From Amoebophrya sp. A120 (lineage: Eukaryota; Protista; Dinoflagellata), in NCBI GenBank assembly GCA_905178155.1, contig CAJINV010000002.1, positions 11,596,591-11,660,590 of the forward strand: DNA of 64,000 nucleotides, given 5' to 3'. A model generated the notes under the pieces. It did no database searches and was not told where the DNA came from. It saw nothing but the letters and a program-made list of their open reading frames with translations. Below are positions 49,495 through 59,641 of this stretch, one piece after another. Position 1 is the stretch's first letter. Each line of letters begins with the position of its first letter. The position numbers were made by a program, and so were the translations under genes.

Positions 49495-51315
49495 CTACAC
49501 ACAAACCGCTGGCGCCTCGTTGTCCCGCTGCGTGTATCGGTATCGCAAGGTCGAAAGTAGCGACGAGTAGCAACACTCCTCGATGAATTCCGAGAGCTCC
49601 ACGACATTGCCGTTTTCGCATCTGCTCGTTTCAAGCGCTGCGACGAATCTACCCCGCTTCTCCCCCACTTCAACCAAGGCCGGCAGGGCGGCAGCCAACC
49701 CGGTGCGGCGCAATAAGTGCAGGACCAGGAGACGGCTAAGTCGGCCGTTGCCATCGCGAAACGGATGCAATGTCGTCAAGTGAACAACGCTGAAGGCACA
49801 CACTCGCATGACGCGGTCTTGCTGAGCACGGGGATCGAGCATTGGCTCATTTGTAAGATCGTCCAGAAGCTCGTTAATTGACCGCAAAAGCACATCCATT
49901 CCCTTCTCCACTCGCGCGCCACCGGGCGGAAATCTAGTTTTACCGCAGTGCACACCTACCCCCGGACCGCGCAGCCTTCCAGCGAAACCGTGTTCTCTCC
50001 CCATGATCGTTCGGTGCCAGGTGAGAACATCACTCAGGGTGATTTCTTGACCGGAATCCGCATGGGCGAAAACGAGTTGCAGGACCTTCGCGAACTGCGC
50101 CTTCTTCTGCAGTTGCGTCGCCGCATCGTCAAACTTGATCGCCCCGGCGGAAGTGCCAACGGACCCCAAAAGTGCGTCGAGTCGCGGATCGAGTGCCCGA
50201 ATCTGCTCAAAGTCGTCAAGGTCGACATTGGTCATATCCACAACTCCCTGCGCTGGCAGCAGCGCCGCAAGTTCTTCAAGTGGCGGTAGGATCTTACTCG
50301 GAGAGAGACCACCCCCAAGAATCGAGCCTGTGTGACCGGCGGCCCCGGTCCCAACGCAACAAAAAAGACTATCCGGAGCTTCCTGCTTCATCAGTGTGTC
50401 CAAGTCGAAACCTCCAGCACGTGCAGATCCGTCCAACAGGAAGGGTACAGGCGTATTGCCGGTTGATTTTTTTCCGCATTTCCGCGGGTTGTAAAGAAAA
50501 TACTTTCCGAAACTGATGCAGTCGCTCATGCTGCTGCTGTCGCTGCTCGACGAATCAGCGCCGTCGTCGGCAGCACCGCTGGACGACGAATCGGAGTCGC
50601 TCTGGTCACAAGACGACGAAGAATCGTCGCCACCTTGGTTGCTGTTCATGTTCACATCGGTACTGTCGGATGACGAGTCGGTGTCATCGTCATTATCGCT
50701 GGTTGAAGATGAGTCATCATCATCGTCGTCGTCCCCGTCGCCTGCAGATTTAATGTCCAGGAAGCTGGTGCAGATTGCCACGTGGACGTGACGCCGTTCC
50801 TCTGGTTTAGTTGAAGGGGAAGATGAGTCGGAAGAACTGCTATCGTCATCATCCTCGTCAAACTCCAGGAAGTACATATCTCCCCGATTCCAATAAAAGC
50901 GCACAGGATCGTTGTTGCTCCCGTCGGCACGGACCAGGTTTTCATTCTGCCGGCGCGAAAGCTTTTTCTTCTTGGGAACCAGAAAGATGTTGTAAAACAC
51001 GTGGTTGCTGGTTTTACTGGCGTTGCGGTACGCAGCTTGATTCCGCGGCCGGTACGGATCCCAGATGTTGCTGATTTTCTTCAGGTCACTGGCCTCAATC
51101 TTAAATCGCTCGCCGCTTCGTTTCTTGCAGCAAATCTCCGTCTTACTTTCGGCGCACGCCCACACCTTGGTCATATTAATCTCCGCGCAGCTGGGATTCG
51201 CGTCATTTTTTGTCCCCTTCAGACCACCGGAACGGCGGATCGCCGCCGCTGCGTTAGACGAGTGATACAGCTCGCACTTCGTTCGTTTTGTCGGCATCTT
51301 TGGAAATTTGTTCAC
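49495..51315 (-). CDS. Fic/DOC-domain protein (putative AMP transferase) with Asp/Ser-rich tract
   Basis: Canonical HPFRDGNGRLSR motif, preceded by WHRTIM...AGRLRG. Intronless 606-aa ORF. Confidence 0.9.
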   Translation of the reverse strand: MNKFPKMPTKRTKCELYHSSNAAAAIRRSGGLKGTKNDANPSCAEINMTKVWACAESKTEICCKKRSGERFKIEASDLKKISNIWDPYRPRNQAAYRNASKTSNHVFYNIFLVPKKKKLSRRQNENLVRADGSNNDPVRFYWNRGDMYFLEFDEDDDDSSSSDSSSPSTKPEERRHVHVAICTSFLDIKSAGDGDDDDDDDSSSTSDNDDDTDSSSDSTDVNMNSNQGGDDSSSSCDQSDSDSSSSGAADDGADSSSSDSSSMSDCISFGKYFLYNPRKCGKKSTGNTPVPFLLDGSARAGGFDLDTLMKQEAPDSLFCCVGTGAAGHTGSILGGGLSPSKILPPLEELAALLPAQGVVDMTNVDLDDFEQIRALDPRLDALLGSVGTSAGAIKFDDAATQLQKKAQFAKVLQLVFAHADSGQEITLSDVLTWHRTIMGREHGFAGRLRGPGVGVHCGKTRFPPGGARVEKGMDVLLRSINELLDDLTNEPMLDPRAQQDRVMRVCAFSVVHLTTLHPFRDGNGRLSRLLVLHLLRRTGLAAALPALVEVGEKRGRFVAALETSRCENGNVVELSEFIEECCYSSLLSTLRYRYTQRDNEAPAVCV

Positions 51316-52051
51316 TTTTTGCTACTCTCTTAAGTGTATCTGCCCAAAAAACGAAAGCAAAACTCGATGTATCAAAAACGTCACATTCGAGAGATAGGAA
51401 TGCGGTACCAATTCTCCTGAATGTCTTACTGTAGCAGACTTGTCAGTTCTTGTCTGTTCCTTGATGCCGTGGCAGAAAAGACATTCTTCGATCACCTTCG
51501 CGTTCAGTTAGCGTCAAAGAATTTCGACCAAATGGCGTGCAAGTCATGATCTATCAATCTAGGTGTAGCCCCCTTAGTCGAGCGATATTGGTTTACCTAT
51601 GACCTTTTTTACAAAACAGCAACACCTTCAACTCTTCGAAGCAACACGTCGTCTCGTGCAGAAGCTCTACTTTGACATATTGTTGTATTTCATTTTTCTT
51701 CTTCTGCCTGGTTCTTTTACTTTTGGTGCAAGCAGTTTTTCTTGTTCCGCTGACAAAGATAAATATCTCCTTCACGCGTTTCCAGGTAGTTCCCTAGTGG
51801 AAGCTACGAGCAAATCTGAGTTAGTTTTTCTTCATACTTGAGTTTGGTTTGAGTTTGAGTTTCAAGACAGATGCCATCTGTTGAGTTGTTAGTTTGGTTT
51901 GAGTTTGGATCGATCCTCGACAAGTAAAAAACAGATAATTGACTGAGACGAGACAACTTTACTTACTCTAACCGAATTGTCCCATGAAAGCTGAGGCTGC
52001 AAACTACAGCCATCGCAGGGGAAAAATCGGGCAGTACTATTATACTTCCCG

Positions 52052-55000
52052 TTATTGTTGCGCACACGACTCCTTGTTGATGGAGTCCCGCCTGGTGCCG
52101 CTGGCCTGGACGAAGGACCGCATGTCGGAGTGGCCTTTCAAAACGGACTGACGTTGCGCTTTCTCCCCAGCCTGAGAAACGCGCACCATTTCCAGCTCCC
52201 GCTTTAGCTCGTTGATGATCTGGTCCTTCTTTTCACTTTCCTCTTTCCAGAAATTCATCTGGTTGCTTTTCACACCGTAGTCCTTCACCTCGCGGGAAGC
52301 CTCGCGGAACGACGACTTGAGCGTGTTATTCTCCTTCCGGAGCCGCTCCACTTCGACCTGCTGCCGTTCCCGTAATCTTCTTTCCTGCAGCAGGTCCTGC
52401 TTCGACCCGGTGAGCGCGTTTTCGGAGCTCAGCTGCTGCACGAGCGCCAGCTGCTCGTCCAGCTTTTCCTGGACCTGCACCAGCTCCATTTCCTTCCGTT
52501 TCAGTTCCGTGTTAGCCTCCCGGGCGGTTTCCTCCAGTTTCTCCTGCTTTTCTTCGCTCTTCAGCAGCAACGAACGAAGCTCCTCGACCTGCTTCTTTTG
52601 GGTCTGGAGCATCTGGTGCGTGGACGAGGCCAGGGTGGAATCCTCCTCTCTTGTAATCGTGGTCGCAGATCCCAGCCAGTCTTCGACGTGCTGGCGCTTG
52701 ACCCGGTCCATCTCGCGCTCTAGCTCTTCCACGCGCTTTTTGGCGGCGTCGCGGGCATCCGCCGCTTGCTGTAACTGCTTCTTTAGATTCTCGCGCTCCG
52801 CGGTTACCTTCGTTTTTTTTTTTCGTTTCATGAAATTATTAGAAATGTTCTTGAGCTCGTGTTCGTTGCAAAGTTAGTCTACGCTGTGCGCCTACAACTT
52901 GCTGAAATACTTACTGGAAACCGAGCATCTACTTTCGGAAGCACCATGCTCATTTTGTTTTTTACTTGAGTTGCATTGGCATTCGCTTGGAAGGTAGAAA
53001 AAATTTTGTGCGTACCTGTGTCATCAGTCCGCCCAGCTCTGTGGCATCCCGGTGGATTTGGTCTACATCACCGCATCTTTCCTCAAGTTCGCTATTCCGT
53101 TCTCGCTCTTCTTTCAGCTGCTCCTCGAGCTCTCTCACCGCCTTGGAAAATTGGTCGCGCTCGCGCAGCACCGTGTTCAGTTCAAATCGCGCGTCCTGGT
53201 TGTTCACCCGGGCCTGCGATAGCGCGCCCTCCACCTCTACGAAGCCAGTTTTCAGTTGCTGTGCTTCTTGCAGCCGCTTTTGGTAATTCGTTGTCTCGGC
53301 CTGCGCCTGTTCGACCTGCTTGTGCAACGTCTCCGCCTCGTTTTCGAGCGCCAGCAGCTGCGCCTTGCCCTGGTGAATTTGCGCGGTGAGCTTGTCCCTT
53401 TCTGCTGTTACAGCGAGCACCGCCTGCTCGGATTGTTGCAGTTGTTTCTGTGCCGTTTCGTACTTCGCTACCGCTTCCTCCTTTTCCAAGCGCAGCGAAT
53501 TGCTGTCTTGCTGAAAAGTCTGCTGCAGCTCCTGATTGAGTTTTTCCGCCTGCTTCTTCTCGATCTTCACCGCACTGAACTCTGTTTGCAACTCTTCCAG
53601 CTTTGCGCTTTCTGCGGTGAGGGTACTCTGCAGCGAGCAGATTTCCTGGTTGCGCCGTTGCACCTCGGTGAGTGCGTCGTCGCGAGTTTTCTTCAGCTGC
53701 GAAAGCTGGGTCTCCAGGTCCGTCAACTGCAGCTCTAAGTGTTCCCGCTCGTCGAACAGCTTCTTCTTTTCCTCGGCGTCTCGTTCCCATTTCTGTTTCT
53801 GCATACGGAAGTCCGCGAGCTCATTGTCTTTCTTGTCGGTTTCCTCCAGGAGCTTCTCCGCCTCGCCTACGACCTCCATGTTCTCCTTGGCCCTGTTCTC
53901 CAGCTCAACTTTCGTGTTATTCAGCTCCTCCGTTAGTCTCGCCACTTCCGTGGTGTTCTCGTCGATCTTCTCGTACGCTTTGGCGAGCTCCGCCGTGTTT
54001 TTCGCAACCTGCTGCTGCAACTGCTCGACCATCCGAACCTGGCTCTCCATGGCGTCACTCTCCGTCTTCTGCTCCTGCAGGTCTAAGAGCTGCTGCTGCA
54101 ATCTCGTGATCTCTTCCTTATTGGTTTGTCCCAACGCCTGACTGCGTCTTTCCAGCTGAGTTTTCGCAATTTCCAGTTTCGCCAATTCGTCCCTTTTCTC
54201 GCGGACTTCAAACGTTAGTTGCCGCTCCTTCTCTTCAAATCGGTCGCGCAGCTGCTGCGTCTCGGCGGCGGCCGCGCGCGCGACCCCGATCTCGCGCTCC
54301 AGTTCCTCCGCTCGGGCCTGCGCCGCGCGCCCGTCCGCTATTTGGCTCTGGTAGCAACTCAGCTGGGCCTGCAACGCCGCTTTCTCCTCCCGCACGGCGG
54401 TCAGCTCTCGCTGTCGCTTCTCATTCTCCTCGCGAACGGAATTAGTTTTCGCTTCGTTATTCTCTCCGCTAGCGGCCAACTGCTGGCGCAAAGAATCGAG
54501 TTCTGCCGTCAATTGGACAATCTTTTCCGCCTGCTCTTTGATCTCAGCATCGTACTCGGCCGACACGGTCTCCACATTCTTCATCATTTCCTCTAGTTCG
54601 GCACTCTTTTCGTTTTTCACGGCTTCGATTTCTTGTTCCATGTGCGTGATTTCGCTCGTCTTTTTGTTCAGCTCCGTGTTCTTCTGCGAAACTTCCTCTA
54701 CGAGCTCGTTCCGCTCGTCCTGGAGTGCTTCCACCTGCTGCGCGAGCTGCTTTTCCCGTTCCTTCTGAGACAGGTCCTCTGTCACAAGTTTCTGGTGGAC
54801 CTGTTTCTCCGAATGTCGCAGCTTCTGCTCCAGGTCCTGCTTCTCCTCGAGCAAGACCGCTTTTTGCGCACAGGCATCGTTTATTTCGTTCTCCAGCTTC
54901 TGGGCCCGGTCTGTGTCGGCCGCCAGCAGCTCCTGCTCGCTGGCCTCCAGCTCGGCAATGCGTATTTCGAGTCGCGCGACTTTCACGCTCCAGTCGTGTT

Positions 55001-58000
55001 CCATTTGTTTCTCCGCCTGCGCTAAGCGCGTGGCGAATTCGGCCTCCCGCTTCGCGTTTTCCTGGTTGAGAACCTGTTCCTGTTGGGCAAGCACCTGGTT
55101 CTCGAACTCTTCACGACTCTGCAGCTCGGCTGCGAGCTCCCCACTGGTCCTCTTCGGTGTGTTGAAAACTTTATTTGCTGTGGAGGAACTCGAGCCGCCG
55201 ATCTGCAGCAGTCCTCCAAAAGCAGTCTTCACCCCGTTTGGGTGCTGCACCACGGGTTCGCCCACCAGAGATTTGCGGCTGGAGCTTGACGCCGACCCAG
55301 CTTTGTGGTTATTTTCCTGGTTCACAAGTTGCACTCTGTTGCCAAACCTGGGACTCGCCGGAGAAGTCAGCTTCAAGTGCTTTCGCGGACCTGGGCGCGG
55401 CTCATCCGAATCGGTGCGTTGCCTCTTTCGAGCCTTTTCCTTTTCCAGCTCCTCCTCTACAGAACGAGCCCGCATGCGCTCGGTAGCGTTCGATTGCTTT
55501 GCAACTGCGGAAAATTTTTTTATTCCGAGAAAATAAAGACCTGCAAATGCGATTCAAACTCCTCTCTTTTACTGCGCCGCTTTTCGACCACATCAACGAA
55601 ACGCTGTGCGACAACAAGAATGAAAGTGAAACACTAAAACAAACACTTCTGACAGACAAAAAAATAAAATAAACGGAGTCACGGAAACGGAAACGCTGTC
55701 AGACAAAACTCATCAGGCAATACCATTCAGATCTCGGCCCATCTTGCCCAGATGATCGCGCAACGACGATTCCTCGCGACTTCGAAGTTGCAGCTCCTGC
55801 TCCCGCTCCGCGAGCTGGTTGGCCAGGCACTTCACCTCGCCCTCGAGATCGTGTATTCGGATTTTCTGTTCGTTGTTCTTCTCCTCGAGGTCTTTACAGT
55901 CCTGCTCAATCCGGCGGTTCACACTGTCAAACCACTGCAACCGGCTTTCGAGTTCGCGAATTTTCTTCTCCTTCCCGCGCTCGTTTTCCTGCAGGTGTTG
56001 CAGTTGAGAAAGAAGCGAATCCCTCTCCTCACGGGTGAACAGGGGACTCGGGTTGGCCTGTTGTGCTTGTGCGGACATGTCCCGCACCAGCTGCAAGTCC
56101 GTGCGCGCTTGCTGCAATTCCTCCTCCAAAGCCCGAATACGGCCTTCCAGCTCTTTCTTCTCCCTTAGGAGTTTCATTAGTTGCTCCGTCTGCGTGGCGT
56201 TAGTAGCGCTCGCGCTTCGTGCAGTGGGCATGGCGGAATCTTCATCCATGTCCTCGTTCTCTCCACTTTCGTCCACCTCCGCCAGTGACTGTCCGTTGAA
56301 AGCGACGGCCTTCTGCTTCTTCACGCCACCTTTGTTGACACCGCGCGAGGTAAAGCTGGAAATCTGCAATGGTGGAATTTGAGTTATGTTTGGAGACACA
56401 ATGAATGTCAGGATGAGACACGGAACTAGATATCTTCTGCAAATACGCGAAAGCAGCCCGCGGCACAGTCAGAGGACAGTGACACACGCATTGGGTATTG
56501 CATGCAACGCCTTCAGAAGGCAGTAGTGGATGAAATTCAAAAATGCTGAAATTCTTTATACTGGTGATGAAAACACTGGAAGATCGTTTTTTCCACCGAC
56601 AAAAAAGGTGTGCCTCCGGTTCGGCTCCTTCGCTTTGCGGGGCGTGTGCGTCAATTTCTCTCCAGGGAGCGCTTGCAGGATCTTCGGCATCGTGCCCTGG
56701 AGGTTGGAAATTTGTTCTTCCAAAGACATCTTTTCCCGCAAAATTTGTTCTCTCTGCGTTTTCAGCTCGTTGTTCTCTGACGACAGAATAGCCACTTTTT
56801 CCCCGCTCGTCACGTCGGCCAGTTTTTGTTTCAGCTGGGATATTTCGGCGAGGAGGCGCTTAACATCCATTTCATGGTCCTGGAAAACGTTCACCTTGAC
56901 CTTGTTCTTGATCTGCTTGGCCCGCGCCGCGAATTCCAAGGTCGATTTAGTTTCGGGGTAGTTGGACGGTGCACCCGATACGGCTGCAATAATGACTGTC
57001 TGCGCGTTCCCGCCCAGGCTGGTCTGCAAAATCCTGGTCAGTTGCGACTCGCGAAAGCCGACAAAGTTGTTTTTCTCCGAGAGCTGATTGATCACTTTTG
57101 TCAGCGAAAGCAAACTCTTATTGATATTCGCTCCCTCCACGCGACGCTCCCCTGGCAAATGTTGTAAAAGTGAGTCATGGATTTCAAAGTACTGGTGTTG
57201 AAATGATCGCACTGGAGGCAGCTGCATAAGCCTGATGCAGTTCACAAAAACATTCGGATTCCAATGGCAAGCGAGTGCGAGAGCCACAAGAAACAATAAA
57301 CACAGCGTACCTGTGGCCTGGGTGCGTTTCAAACCTTCACTTCCTGCCAAATCGACCAGGTGCAACACGGACGTGAGCACCTTTTTCTTGTTTACCCCGC
57401 CTCTGGACTCGAGATGCAGACGAAAAATGGTGTGCGACCGAGACGAGCGCTCGTTCATGCGCGTTTCACCAATGTGCCGTTTCTTTTCCCCGCGGACCAG
57501 ACAGTCAAATACCTCCTCGCAGCCCCTTTCCCCTATCTGGACCTCAGTTAGACCCTGGATGTTCAGCGTCCCATCTGTCCGGTCCTGAAGCTTGATCTGC
57601 GGCGGGGCCGAAGTGGACGCAGGAGCCAGCAGATCAATGACGTTCTCATTGTAAATTTCCAAATAGCTGACGGTTAGCAGGTACTCGGTTTCGGAACTCT
57701 GCTCCTCGAGCGAGTTACTCATGGCGTCATTCTCCTGGTCCTGCTCCCGCTCGCTCATATCAAATGCAAAAATGTCTGGGTCTTGAAACTTGTGATGCTA
57801 AAATGTGACTGGTGGGCGGACTGCAATACGCAGCGAAGCATGACAAATTTTTCAACTACTACTGTGCCTCGTTTTCCGCATGACAAACTGCGTTTTTGCA
57901 TGACAGGCAAGAGGCCATTTTCCTGCTCATGCATTACAGATTTATGAGTCATGCCAGACAAGCATGACAAACTTGCATTCTTCCAGACCCAGACATTTTT

Positions 58001-58584
58001 ACATTTGATAGCTCATCTGCTGAAACATCTCCAACACGGCGTACGGGATGATCCCGTGCCTTCGCTGGTCGCCGTGCATGGTAAACGTCTTCCCACTGGC
58101 CGTCTGGCCGTAGGCAAATACCGTCCCATTGAACCCCTCCAGACAGTTGTGCACCTAAAGGATGGATTGTATTCAGCCGATTGAAGATCAACACGGCTCA
58201 CGAGAACCTACACTCTAGAAAGAACCATTCCATTACTGTCTGTGCGACATCAACATGATCAACACATTGAAACAACTCAACAGCTGCTCGTGTGTGGAAA
58301 TCATGGAGTACGGAACAGACTACTGGGACTTCTGTGTAGTTGATGTGTTGTTGAGAAAACTTAAATTTGACAAAATTTTTTGGTACGATTTCCTTCACAT
58401 GATTGTCGAAAATTTCTCGAGTGTTCGACTTCGGCGCGTACACCTTGTCAAAGGTCCACTGGCCGTGACCGCCGGCGTTGTCGCAGACACTATCCTCGTC
58501 AATCCGCCATGTGGTCGCGTCCTGTTCAATTCCGCGGTAGTCACGGTATCTGATCACCACCGAAATCCGGCGATCCTCCGACAT
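52052..58584 (-). CDS. Kinesin-7 (CENP-E-like) motor with long coiled-coil tail; multi-exon
   Basis: [39 protein letters not shown] and [13 protein letters not shown]. Downstream coiled-coil ORFs 55713-56399, 52962-55475 and 52052-52831 are joinable by GT-AG introns. Confidence 0.88.
57758..58010. mobile_element. Family A TIR introner-like element, 253 bp, in the kinesin motor domain; TSD GCTCA
   Basis: Family A TIR. Removal gives [17 protein letters not shown]. Confidence 0.93.
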
Positions 58585-59641
58585 CGTGCACGCAGGTCAC
58601 AGGGAGGCGGGCGTCCCCAGACTAGAAACAAAGTGCTTGTCCTTTGTCAGCAAACGAAAACTGCTGCTCAAAGAACTGTCAAAAAAACCCAAACATCGAT
58701 GCGCAACCGGCCGCCGCGATTGCGGCAGCTGCGCCAGGCACGGTAAATCCTATGCTAGTAGTGGGAAGGACCAAAATGAGTCGAAACATGTAAGGTCTGC
58801 AGTTAGTACCTACACAACGCGCTACGAGTACGAAACACTCATCCAATGAATGACTTTCATCTCACAACGACCACTATCAATTCCTCAAGCTTGCACAATC
58901 GAATATCGATTTCCTCGAGCTATGTATGACGTGCAATCATCGTCCTCTAGCAAACCACGATATTGACGTTGCAGCAGTACTAGCTATCCAATATTCATTT
59001 CTCACAGCTTTCCAGGGGTTGTTGCTTCGTGCTTTTTACAGTAGTAAATCTCAAGCTGCACCTCGTTCTTCAACATCATCTTCTCGCTACGTAAATGCAA
59101 CCACTGCAACGCGTATTCTTCTCCATTCGCTCCTAGTGCACCGCTTTCTTTATCGCAAAAGCTAGAGCCAACGGAAGCTTCTACGAACAGACAGGTTAAG
59201 GGAAGAAAGAATACCGCTTTTGGAGAGAGAAAACTTGCACTAGTACGCAGAACAATTCAGACACTTTTCCAGTTGTTTCTTTTGTTCATCTTCTAGACCC
59301 TTCATTTACGTTTTGCTTTTGCGTTGAAACAGATACATTTTCAAGATGGCGGGTAAAGAAGAATGAATTGCACACGATTTTTCATCTTCGATTCTACATC
59401 TTTATCTTTCAAGCAAACAGCGCACTGATTTAGATACCCTCAGTTCCATATACTTACACAGACGTATTTCTATTTGTATTCTTACATCAAGTCATCGACT
59501 GATCATAGGCAGAAAGCTGCATCGAGACCAACATTAAATGACGCTGTATGTCTCGAACACACAGGTATGAGAAAACCCCAATAAGAACGAACAACCTAAA
59601 TGAAAAATGCAAAATTCGGTATTCCCAAGACCACGAACAAC

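Noticed and set aside
51838-51908. TGAGTT/TGGTT short repeats as a telomeric tract
   Set aside because: Short, irregular simple repeat downstream of a gene.
52317-56382. Long plus-strand ORFs over the kinesin tail, with similar ones over CFAP47 and the helicase
   Set aside because: Antisense shadows of GC-rich coding sequence with no recognisable motifs.
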